The notes below the pieces were generated by a model. That model saw nothing but the letters and a program-made list of their open reading frames with translations. It was not told the origin of the DNA and did no database searches. Position numbers and translations under genes: made by a program. Source: a virus. Taken from it: 64,000 nt of DNA. The stretch covers positions 1-64,000 of the IMG/VR virus record IMGVR_UViG_3300044825_002891; one strand, 5' to 3'. This document shows positions 18,492 to 26,518 of the stretch, in pieces. Within the stretch, counting starts at the first letter, position 1. Every line of letters begins with the position of its first letter.

Positions 18492-19516
18492 TGGCAGTTG
18501 ACTTCCCCAACTCCCCCTCCGTCAACGACACGTTCACCTCGAACGGCAAGACGTTCGTGTGGACGGGCACGCGCTGGGATCTCCAGTCGTACACCGCCTC
18601 CAAGGGCTCCTTCTACACGGGCGACAGCGCCCCGGGAAGCCCCCTCACGGGCGATATCTGGTACGACACCTCCGTGGGCAAGACCTACATGCGCTACGAC
18701 TCGTACTGGGTCGAGGTCGGCAACTCCGGGGCCGTGCAGTCCACCCACGCGGCGCTGCACCGCAACGGCGGCACCGATCAGCTCGACGGCGATCGCCTGC
18801 ACGTGGACTACGTCCCTACGACCTACACGCGCAACGCCGCCGCCTCGGGGGCCACGGCGAGCACCGACCTGACGGCGCACCTCGACGGGATCAACACCCA
18901 CTTCCTGCGCTACCAGATCTCCGGGTCGGCCCCGTCGAGCCCCGTGACCGGCGCCCTGTGGCTCGACACCACGACCGGCCAGCTCAAGACCTTCTACGGC
19001 TCCACGTGGGTGTCCACGGGCTACCCCTCCGGCTCGGTCATCCAGACGGTGTGGAAGCGCAGCGACGTGCGCACCACCTACGCCTCGAACAACTCGGGCA
19101 ACGGCACGACGATCACCGAGCTCAACCTGACCATCACGCCGCGGTTCTCGAACTCCACGATCTTCTGCCAGTGGATGATCAACGGCGAGCTGCATCAGGA
19201 CAACGTGTTCCTGATCCACAAGGACGGCGCGGTGCAGACCAACCCCGCGGGCTACAACAACACGGTCGGCGGCAGGCACGTCGGCTACGCCTCCGGCTTC
19301 TACGACCAGAACGAGGACTCGACGCCGAGCAACTGGAAGCTCATGTACCTCGACAACGTCCTCGGCTCCACCGCCTCACGCACCTACGCGCCCGCGGTGC
19401 GCAGCTCGTCGGGCAGCAACTACACACTCTCGCTCAACCGCACCCTGAACGCCGCCTCGCAGGACGCCTACGAGAGCATGGTGTCGGTCGGCGTGGCCAT
19501 GGAGATCGCGGCATGA
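18491..19516 (+). CDS. fibre protein
   Basis: MAVDFPNSP start, shared module, GSVIQTV...ITP...MEIAA tip. Confidence 0.8.
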   Translation: MAVDFPNSPSVNDTFTSNGKTFVWTGTRWDLQSYTASKGSFYTGDSAPGSPLTGDIWYDTSVGKTYMRYDSYWVEVGNSGAVQSTHAALHRNGGTDQLDGDRLHVDYVPTTYTRNAAASGATASTDLTAHLDGINTHFLRYQISGSAPSSPVTGALWLDTTTGQLKTFYGSTWVSTGYPSGSVIQTVWKRSDVRTTYASNNSGNGTTITELNLTITPRFSNSTIFCQWMINGELHQDNVFLIHKDGAVQTNPAGYNNTVGGRHVGYASGFYDQNEDSTPSNWKLMYLDNVLGSTASRTYAPAVRSSSGSNYTLSLNRTLNAASQDAYESMVSVGVAMEIAA

Positions 19517-19950
19517 TCGAGAACACCCAGCTCGACTTCCCCTGCGTGGAGAACGCCCTGCACCGGCTCTGCCCCGGCGCGAGGTGGGCCGTCCGCTACG
19601 GCAGGACCGACGACGAGTACGAGATCGAGTGGATGGAGGAGGACGCGGAGCGGCCCTCCGACGAGGAGATCGCCGCCGCCATCGCGACCCTGGCCGAGAA
19701 CTGGGAGCTCCGCGACTACATCACCAAGCGCCGGGCCGCCTACCCGCCCCTCGCGGAGTTTGCCGACGCCTTCTTCTGGCTGGAGCAGGGCGACGACAGC
19801 AAGATGAGGCTGTACCTGGAGCGGATTGAGTTGGTCAAGCAGCGCTATCCTAAGCCTGAGACGGACGCGGTCGTCGTCGAGGTGACGCCGACGCCCGAGT
19901 ACGTGCACCGCGACCTGCCGCCCCAAGAGGGCGAGGAGCCCATCGCCTGA
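19513..19950 (+). CDS. XkdW-like / fibre assembly chaperone
   Basis: ATGA overlap; L.PGA.W...IEW...PS.EEI, RR.AYP....D...VK..YPK. Confidence 0.7.
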   Translation: MIENTQLDFPCVENALHRLCPGARWAVRYGRTDDEYEIEWMEEDAERPSDEEIAAAIATLAENWELRDYITKRRAAYPPLAEFADAFFWLEQGDDSKMRLYLERIELVKQRYPKPETDAVVVEVTPTPEYVHRDLPPQEGEEPIA

Positions 19951-21185
19951 TGGCCATCGACTTCCCGAACAGCCCCACCGACGGCCAGTCCTTCACCGCC
20001 GGGAACACGAAGTGGATCTACAGCGCGGCCGCCGGGAAGTGGAACATCGCGGCCCCCGAGACGCCCTCCACGACGGCGTTCGCCCCGATCGGGACGGTCA
20101 TCAACTACATGGGCGCGAGCCCGCCGAACGGCTGGATCCTCTGCAACGGGGCGAGCCTGAGCCGCTCCACCTACGCCAACCTATTCGCCGTCCTCGGCAC
20201 GGTGTTCGGGCAGGGGAGCAACCCGGGTAGCACGTTCGCGCTCCCGAACTTCATCGGCACCACCGGCATCTACATCATCCGGGCGACCGACGACAACGTG
20301 ACGGTGTCGAGCGCGGCCAACCTCCTGGCCATGCCGGTCGGCACCATGAGCCTCTTCGCGATGACCACGGTGCCCGCCGGGTGGGTGCGCTGCGACGGCC
20401 AGGCCCTGTCGCGCACGGGCTACGCCGACCTCTTCTCCGCGATCAGCACGACGTACGGGACCGGGGACGGCTCCACGACGTTCAACGTGCCGAACGTGGC
20501 GGGGTCGGGCACGGGCTCGCCCCTGTACTACATCAAGGCGATCCTCAGCGGCGACGCGCAGCCCGCGACCGTGGCCCACGCCACCTCGCACATCCGCACG
20601 GGCACCGACATCATCGACGGCGACCGGCTCCAGGTGGACTACGTTCCGTCGCGCTACACCCGCGACTCGTCGGCATCTGAGGCGGGCGCCACCACCGACC
20701 TGACCGCGCACCTCAAGGGGCTCGACAACCACTTTGAGCGCGTCCGGATCGACGCGAGCGGTAGGATCACGCTGCCCTACCAGCCCGCATTTCACGCCTA
20801 CCTCAACACCTCCGGCAACCCGGCGTCGGCCTCCCCGGTCGTCTATACCCAAACGCGCTTCAACATCGGCAGCCACTACTCAACGGCAACGGGTAGATTC
20901 ACGGCTCCCGTCGCGGGAGTTTACTTCTTCGCCGCGTCTGTCAACATGTACGGCAGCAATAGCACCGGCAGCTGCAACGTTAATATCTATAATGCGGCGG
21001 GCGTGGCTCAAGGAAGGATTGCGGGCGGTCGCACGCTAGCCGGTATAACAGGCGACGCCAACTGGACCGTCGCTGGCCTCTGGTACATGGCGGCTACGGA
21101 CTACGCTAGGGTCGAGATCACCGCATACGGCACTCACAGCGGTGGTCCGGACTACAATCAGTTCCAAGGCGCCCTGTTTAGCTAA
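19950..21185 (+). CDS. fibre protein, two collar domains and C1q-like tip
   Basis: MAIDFPNSP; collar repeats; QPAF...NIGSHYST.TGRFTAPVAGVYFF. Confidence 0.85.
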   Translation: MAIDFPNSPTDGQSFTAGNTKWIYSAAAGKWNIAAPETPSTTAFAPIGTVINYMGASPPNGWILCNGASLSRSTYANLFAVLGTVFGQGSNPGSTFALPNFIGTTGIYIIRATDDNVTVSSAANLLAMPVGTMSLFAMTTVPAGWVRCDGQALSRTGYADLFSAISTTYGTGDGSTTFNVPNVAGSGTGSPLYYIKAILSGDAQPATVAHATSHIRTGTDIIDGDRLQVDYVPSRYTRDSSASEAGATTDLTAHLKGLDNHFERVRIDASGRITLPYQPAFHAYLNTSGNPASASPVVYTQTRFNIGSHYSTATGRFTAPVAGVYFFAASVNMYGSNSTGSCNVNIYNAAGVAQGRIAGGRTLAGITGDANWTVAGLWYMAATDYARVEITAYGTHSGGPDYNQFQGALFS

Positions 21186-21898
21186 TGACCCGCTTCAAGA
21201 ACGGTCCCGGCAACACCCCTGCCTCTAGCCTTCCCGGCAATCCCTCCGCGGGCGAGGCGGTCTTCGACCCCAACGCCGCGAGCTTTCGCTACTACACGGG
21301 GAGCAGGTGGGAGGGGATCCCGCCGATCGGCATCGTGGAGCCCTACGCCGGGGCTAGCGCGCCGACGGGGTGGCTCCTCTGCGACGGCAGCGCCGTGAGT
21401 CGCTCCACCTACGCCGATCTCTTCGCCGTCATCGAGACCATCTACGGCGTGGGCAACAACTCGACGACCTTTAACCTGCCCGACCTCCGGGGGCGCGCGA
21501 TCCACGGCCAGGACGTGATGCACGGGACCCCGGCCAACCGGCTCACGACCCTGAACGCCGCGATCGGAACGGCGGGCGGCAGCCAGTACCTGCAGGTGCA
21601 CACGCACAACTACTCGAAGAGCGGCACCTCGGGCAACGACTTCCCGGACCACGCGCACCAGTGGACCCTCGCCTCCGCGGGCAACGCCCAGGGCACGGGT
21701 GACCTCCCGTTCCGCGGCCACAACTACTGGGACGGGGGCTTCCGCTCCGGGGGTACGTCCTGGCCCGGCTACGGCGGCGGGGTGGGCGTGCGCCACACCC
21801 ACACCTTTAGCTTCTATGGCAATACCGACAACGTCGGCTCGGGCGGCGCCCACAACGTGCCCCCCACCCGTGTCTTCAACTTCATCATCAAGCACTAG
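21185..21898 (+). CDS. short fibre with collar and HxH needle
   Basis: Collar domain, NLPDLRGR, HTH/HAH/HTH, ends FIIKH. Confidence 0.85.
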   Translation: MTRFKNGPGNTPASSLPGNPSAGEAVFDPNAASFRYYTGSRWEGIPPIGIVEPYAGASAPTGWLLCDGSAVSRSTYADLFAVIETIYGVGNNSTTFNLPDLRGRAIHGQDVMHGTPANRLTTLNAAIGTAGGSQYLQVHTHNYSKSGTSGNDFPDHAHQWTLASAGNAQGTGDLPFRGHNYWDGGFRSGGTSWPGYGGGVGVRHTHTFSFYGNTDNVGSGGAHNVPPTRVFNFIIKH

Positions 21899-21900
21899 CC

Positions 21901-22644
21901 ATGGCTGTCTTCGGCATCGGATACGAGGTGGTGACCAGCACCACGCGCCCCGCGAGCCCCTCGAACGGGCAGGTCATCTACGAGACCGACACGCAGACCC
22001 ACAAGTACTACGACTCGGTGGCGGGCTCCTGGCAGCCGCTGGTGCCGACGGGCATGGTCAAGGCGTTTGCGGGCCGCATCGCCCCCACGGGCTGGCTGCT
22101 CTGCGCGGGCACGGCGGGCACGGCGGTGACGCAGGCCGCCTACCCTGACCTCTGGCGCACGCTCACGTCCAACGGCACCTCCTACCCGTACGGGGGCTCC
22201 GGCACGACCACCTACACGCCCGACCTGCGCGGGCGGGCCGTTCACGGGCTTGAGTCCATGGGCGGCGGCGGGGCCCTGGGCATCGTGGACAGCGTGGGCA
22301 CGACGCTGGGTGGCACCGGTGGGACGGAGTTGCCGCCAGCCCACGCTCACGGCATGGCCAACAACGTCAACAGCTCCAACGAGAACACCTACACCGGTCA
22401 CGTGTGGGTGCTGGGGGGTAACGGCGGTGCGCTGGGCGCTGGCGATCTCCCCCACCGTGGCTTCTACGGCTGGGACGGCAACTTTGCCACGTGGGGCGCT
22501 ACGAGCTTCGGCTACAACGCTGGTGCGCAGCGTCACACGCACACCTTCTCGTTCAGCGGCACCTCGACCGGCCACAACCTCAACGGCGGGGACCAGCAGA
22601 ACCTCGCCCCCTGCGTCGTCATGAACTACATTGTGAAGTACTGA
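21901..22644 (+). CDS. short fibre with collar and HxH needle
   Basis: TSTTRPASP.NGQVIYETDT, PDLRGR, HAH/HTH, ends NYIVKY. Confidence 0.85.
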   Translation: MAVFGIGYEVVTSTTRPASPSNGQVIYETDTQTHKYYDSVAGSWQPLVPTGMVKAFAGRIAPTGWLLCAGTAGTAVTQAAYPDLWRTLTSNGTSYPYGGSGTTTYTPDLRGRAVHGLESMGGGGALGIVDSVGTTLGGTGGTELPPAHAHGMANNVNSSNENTYTGHVWVLGGNGGALGAGDLPHRGFYGWDGNFATWGATSFGYNAGAQRHTHTFSFSGTSTGHNLNGGDQQNLAPCVVMNYIVKY

Positions 22645-23393
22645 TGCCGACCGACGCCGTATTTGGACAGGGTCACGAGACCATGACGAGGGCCGAGGCG
22701 CGAGCCATCGCCTCGCCCGTCACGGGCCAGCTCGTGTTCGAGACAGACACCCGTACCTTTACGTGGTACACCGGCTCGGGCTGGACCGGCCTGATCCCGC
22801 CGGGCACCATCTCGGCGCACACCCACACCGACGAGCCCCTCGGCGGTTGGCTCCTGTGTCGCGGCCAGACGGTCTCGCGCTCCACCTACGCCGACCTCTT
22901 TACCGCGATCGGCACGCAGTACAACACCGGGGGCGAGGCTGGCACGGACTTTCGGCTTCCCGACCTGCGCGGCAGGCGCCCGGCGGGTGTTGACAACCTC
23001 GGCGGCTCGGCCGCTAGCCGCCTCAACTTCACCGGCGCCACGAACCCCGGCACCGCCCTCGGCAGCAAGGACATGCCGCAGCACCTCCACTCCTACGGCG
23101 CGTACGGGACGACCGGCAACGACTCCCCCGACCACGCCCACCAGTGGCCGCTCTGCTACACCCAGGGCGGGCGCGACGGCAACGACAGCCCCGCCCGCTC
23201 CATGTACGGGTGGGACGGCAACTTCCGCACCGGCTGGAACGCCAACGCCCAGTACGGTGGCGCCACGTCGCGCCCACACCAGCAGAACATCGCCTGGACC
23301 GGGACGAACGACAACGCCCTCGGGGGCACCGGCGGCATGACCAACGCCAACATGCCACCGTTTATGATGCTGACCTACATGATAAAGTACTAG
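22644..23393 (+). CDS. short fibre with collar and HxH needle
   Basis: TGATG overlap; GQLVFETDT, FRLPDLRGR, ends YMIKY. Confidence 0.85.
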   Translation: MPTDAVFGQGHETMTRAEARAIASPVTGQLVFETDTRTFTWYTGSGWTGLIPPGTISAHTHTDEPLGGWLLCRGQTVSRSTYADLFTAIGTQYNTGGEAGTDFRLPDLRGRRPAGVDNLGGSAASRLNFTGATNPGTALGSKDMPQHLHSYGAYGTTGNDSPDHAHQWPLCYTQGGRDGNDSPARSMYGWDGNFRTGWNANAQYGGATSRPHQQNIAWTGTNDNALGGTGGMTNANMPPFMMLTYMIKY

Positions 23394-23403
23394 GGAGGAT
23401 TTG

Positions 23404-23748
23404 ATGTCCACCACCACCGCCAAGATCACGTGCCACAACCCCGTCACGGGCGAGGTCGTGGAGAACGTCACGTTCCAGATGTTCTACAACATGCAGTTCG
23501 TAGACGGCCGCAAGATCATCTACGTGAACGGCACCGCTACGTTTGAGCTGGATGACGCTAATCAGGTCATCGGCGTTGACATGCTGCCGTTTCGGCCTCA
23601 GACCGAGAGCCCCATCGAGCACGGCCCGATCGACCCCATGACGGGCATCGCCCTCAACGACGTGGTGCCTGGGGACGAGGGGTACCCCACGGAGCCCGGC
23701 CCCGACGCCGTGTACCCGCCCGGGGCCGTACCGGCCGACGAGGTGTAA
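23404..23748 (+). CDS. hypothetical protein (possible fibre chaperone)
   Basis: GGAGG SD; lies inside the fibre array. Confidence 0.6.
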   Translation: MSTTTAKITCHNPVTGEVVENVTFQMFYNMQFVDGRKIIYVNGTATFELDDANQVIGVDMLPFRPQTESPIEHGPIDPMTGIALNDVVPGDEGYPTEPGPDAVYPPGAVPADEV

Positions 23749-23751
23749 GCA

Positions 23752-24405
23752 ATGCCTAGGGCATATGCGGGCCTCGGCATGACGACCGGGCTCGCGGCCG
23801 ATCGCGCTGCCCTGTCGAGTCCCGTCGCGGGCCAGCAGTTCTATGAGACGGACACTGGCATCATGTACTGCTATACGGGCTCGGCATGGCGCGCGGTGTC
23901 GGCAACGACCGCAGCCACCGGGGGTGTGCTGCGAGTTGTACAGGCCGTCAAGACCGATACCTTTGCCAGCACCCCTGGCGCTCTATGGACCAACGTGGTT
24001 GGCCTCTCGGTGAGCATCACACCCTACAGCAGCTCCAGCAAGTTCCTGGTGACCGTGGACCTTAAGGGGTCTGGCGCAGAGAGCGCCACGACGATTCGCT
24101 CACGTCTGGTGCGCGATGGCAACCCGATCTACGTGGGTGATGCGGCTAGCAGCCGCCCCCGCTCGCTCTCCATGAGCTACGGCGGCAACACGTCTAGTGA
24201 CGGGGCCAAGTTTTCGGTGCATCAGATGGGTGGCACCTTTCTCGACTCGCCCAATACGGCAGCGCAGATCACGTATGCCGTGCAAATCGGCGGTGACACC
24301 AACAACCTCAACATTTTCGTAAATCGGACTGTAAACGACAGGGACAACGCCTACTACGACGGCCGCTGTGCGTCCTCCCTCACGGTCATGGAGCTAGCCG
24401 CATAG
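23752..24405 (+). CDS. short fibre/receptor-binding protein
   Basis: GQQFYETDT N-module; VLRVVQA...GLSVSITP.SSSSK...MELAA tip. Confidence 0.8.
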   Translation: MPRAYAGLGMTTGLAADRAALSSPVAGQQFYETDTGIMYCYTGSAWRAVSATTAATGGVLRVVQAVKTDTFASTPGALWTNVVGLSVSITPYSSSSKFLVTVDLKGSGAESATTIRSRLVRDGNPIYVGDAASSRPRSLSMSYGGNTSSDGAKFSVHQMGGTFLDSPNTAAQITYAVQIGGDTNNLNIFVNRTVNDRDNAYYDGRCASSLTVMELAA

Positions 24406-24440
24406 GCAGGCGTCCGTCACGCAGGCTATAACTTCCCGTC

Positions 24441-25217
24441 ATGGGAAGGGGCATCACGATCTACTGGTCGCAGGGCGAGGACGAGGAGGGTCTGCCGTTC
24501 AACCGGCAGCTGCTCTACCTCCCGCCCACCAACCTCTACAAGGACCTCCTCCGGCGCCAGAACCCGGCGGTCGCTAGCCGCCCCAAGGCCCAGAGCGGCC
24601 CGCTACTCGGGTCGTCCTTCTACATGTGCCCCGCGGTGCGGGGCAAGATGTCGCGCATCTACTTCATCCCCAACCCGGTGGAGACCCGGGTGCAGATCCG
24701 GGACTTCGAGCTGCGACCGGAGACCGGGTCCGGCGTGCCCCTGACGAGCATGCGCGTCAACTCGATGGTGGACACGCTGCACGTGCGCTCCGACCTCACG
24801 TGGTACTTCTTCGCGGACGAGCCCCTGGAGGTCTCGTTCACCTCGCCCTACTTCCACGCCCTCGACTACCTGCGCCTCATGCACCTGCCCCCCGCCACCT
24901 TCGACATCGGGCAGTGGCTCCGCACCTTCAACGTCGAGTACATCTTTCAGCACCGGGACGCCGACCTCGTGATCCACGAGGGCGACCCGCTCGTGTACCT
25001 GGAGACGCACACCGAGCGCCCGGTGCGCTTCGTGCGCTTTGAGTACACGCCGGAGATCGGCGCCCTCGCCCACGCTTGCGCGGCGGCCCCCGGCGTGCTC
25101 GGACGCTGGCGACCGCTCGCTGACCGCTACGCGCGGTTCCGCAGGACGCAGATGCGGGAGACGGTCCTGCGCCACATCTCGGCCAACGTGATCGGGGAGA
25201 GCGATGCGACGGCGTAA
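24441..25217 (+). CDS. DUF6065-like protein (leaderless)
   Basis: MCPAV...P, SPYFH, FDIGQW.R..N, I.EGDPL; TAACTT 6 nt before ATG. Confidence 0.6.
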   Translation: MGRGITIYWSQGEDEEGLPFNRQLLYLPPTNLYKDLLRRQNPAVASRPKAQSGPLLGSSFYMCPAVRGKMSRIYFIPNPVETRVQIRDFELRPETGSGVPLTSMRVNSMVDTLHVRSDLTWYFFADEPLEVSFTSPYFHALDYLRLMHLPPATFDIGQWLRTFNVEYIFQHRDADLVIHEGDPLVYLETHTERPVRFVRFEYTPEIGALAHACAAAPGVLGRWRPLADRYARFRRTQMRETVLRHISANVIGESDATA

Positions 25218-25926
25218 GATCACCTTCCGCGCGAGCGACCCCATCGTGGCCGAGGCGTTTCCCGTCCCTGGCCCCGCCGAGGTCAAGATTCCCTCGTGGT
25301 ATCGGCGCCAAGAGAAATATACCGACGGTAAGCGCAGAATGATGTCGGTTGGGCCCGGCGCTCGTATCAACCAGACTGTTAGGGCCTGCCCCGTGGTTCA
25401 CGACACGATGATTGCTGGATATCTTATGTATCTGCCCAGTGATCTAATGGTCAGCCATGCCCCTAGCGGTGACGTGGTATTTGACGGAGCCTGCGGTTCG
25501 TTCTTCAACGTCACTGCACACCATGCCTCCCAGCTGGATCAGTACCAGTACGATCGCAACGTCTACCGAGAGCACGTGTTCAAGTTTCAGATGGAGTGGG
25601 CGATCGACACTCCCAAGGGATACTCCATCCTGCTTACGCACCCGATGTATCGAGACGACACACCGTTTCGTACATTGCCAGGCCTGATTGATACCGACGG
25701 CTACAGCGGTGCAATGAACGTCTTGTTTCTACTGCGCAGGGACTTCTCAGGAATCATTGCGCGAGAAACGCCGATTGCTCAGATTATCCCATTTCGCCGC
25801 GAAGACTGGGAGCATGAAGTGGCAGTCAGCGACAAAACTCAATGGTACGCCGACTATTACAAGTACGAGAGCAAGTTTCGGGGCGCTTATCGGCGCTGGG
25901 GATTTAGCAAGAAATACTGGGGATAA
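25204..25926 (+). CDS. DUF6065-like protein
   Basis: P.WY, TVRACP...D....GY, TPKGYS.L..HP, PGLIDTD, TPIAQIIPF.RE.W. Confidence 0.7.
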   Translation: MRRRKITFRASDPIVAEAFPVPGPAEVKIPSWYRRQEKYTDGKRRMMSVGPGARINQTVRACPVVHDTMIAGYLMYLPSDLMVSHAPSGDVVFDGACGSFFNVTAHHASQLDQYQYDRNVYREHVFKFQMEWAIDTPKGYSILLTHPMYRDDTPFRTLPGLIDTDGYSGAMNVLFLLRRDFSGIIARETPIAQIIPFRREDWEHEVAVSDKTQWYADYYKYESKFRGAYRRWGFSKKYWG

Positions 25927-25938
25927 CGGCATACCTCA

Positions 25939-26002
25939 TACGATGCTGTTAGTAGCGTGAACCTATTGAGGAGGGGTATTCTCAATAGGAAGGCGCTCCT
26001 TC
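25939..26002 (+). promoter_or_regulatory. putative head-operon promoter and structured leader
   Basis: TACGAT 25939-25944; hairpin CCTATTGAGGA/TTCTCAATAGG; GAAGG/CCTTC hairpin over the SD. Confidence 0.45.
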
Positions 26003-26518
26003 ATGCTTGAAAATATCGACGACGGCATCCTAGAACAGCCCCCGGAAGACGCGGGCTTTCGCACGTCTGAGGACTCTAAGAAGTCCTGCCGTTCTTGCCT
26101 GCACTACGAAGGTCGTTATTGCGACCTGTGGAACGCCAAGACAAAGCCCGCGATGGTGTGTGATGCGTGGGATGACTTCTCGGACTTCAAGCTAGCCATG
26201 TCGGATATGGAAACAGAAATCGACATGGAGTCAATGGAGTCCGAAGAGAACGACACAGATGGTCTCAACGATCGACAAGAGGCCATGTACGAGGTGTACG
26301 AGAAGATCGCGTACGTCTTCGGCAAGTGGAACCAAAGCACCGGGGCCGACGGTGCTCACTACGTTGAGAAGTCCCCCTTCGAGGGGATGAACTGCGCCAA
26401 CTGCGTTTTCTTCCGCGGTGGCCGCAAGTGCGAGATTGTTGACGGCGATATCGACCCAGGGGCTGTCTGCAAGCTCTGGATCGTTCCCGAAAAGCTTCTC
26501 CCCAACGAGAGTGAATGA
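26003..26518 (+). CDS. protein with two HiPIP-like four-Cys domains
   Basis: CRSCLHY...CDLW...VCDAW and CANCVFF...CEIVDGDIDPGAVCKLW. Confidence 0.7.
   Translation: MLENIDDGILEQPPEDAGFRTSEDSKKSCRSCLHYEGRYCDLWNAKTKPAMVCDAWDDFSDFKLAMSDMETEIDMESMESEENDTDGLNDRQEAMYEVYEKIAYVFGKWNQSTGADGAHYVEKSPFEGMNCANCVFFRGGRKCEIVDGDIDPGAVCKLWIVPEKLLPNESE

Noticed and set aside
21600-23240. Repeats among the three short fibres (GGCAACGAC..GACCACGC.CACCAGTGG; TGGGACGGCAACTT) as a DGR template/variable repeat pair
   Set aside because: Differences are not adenine-specific, all copies are coding paralogs, and no reverse transcriptase is in the window
13383-24405. Shufflon or invertible tail-fibre system
   Set aside because: All genes are full-length on one strand; no invertase or inverted crossover sites were seen
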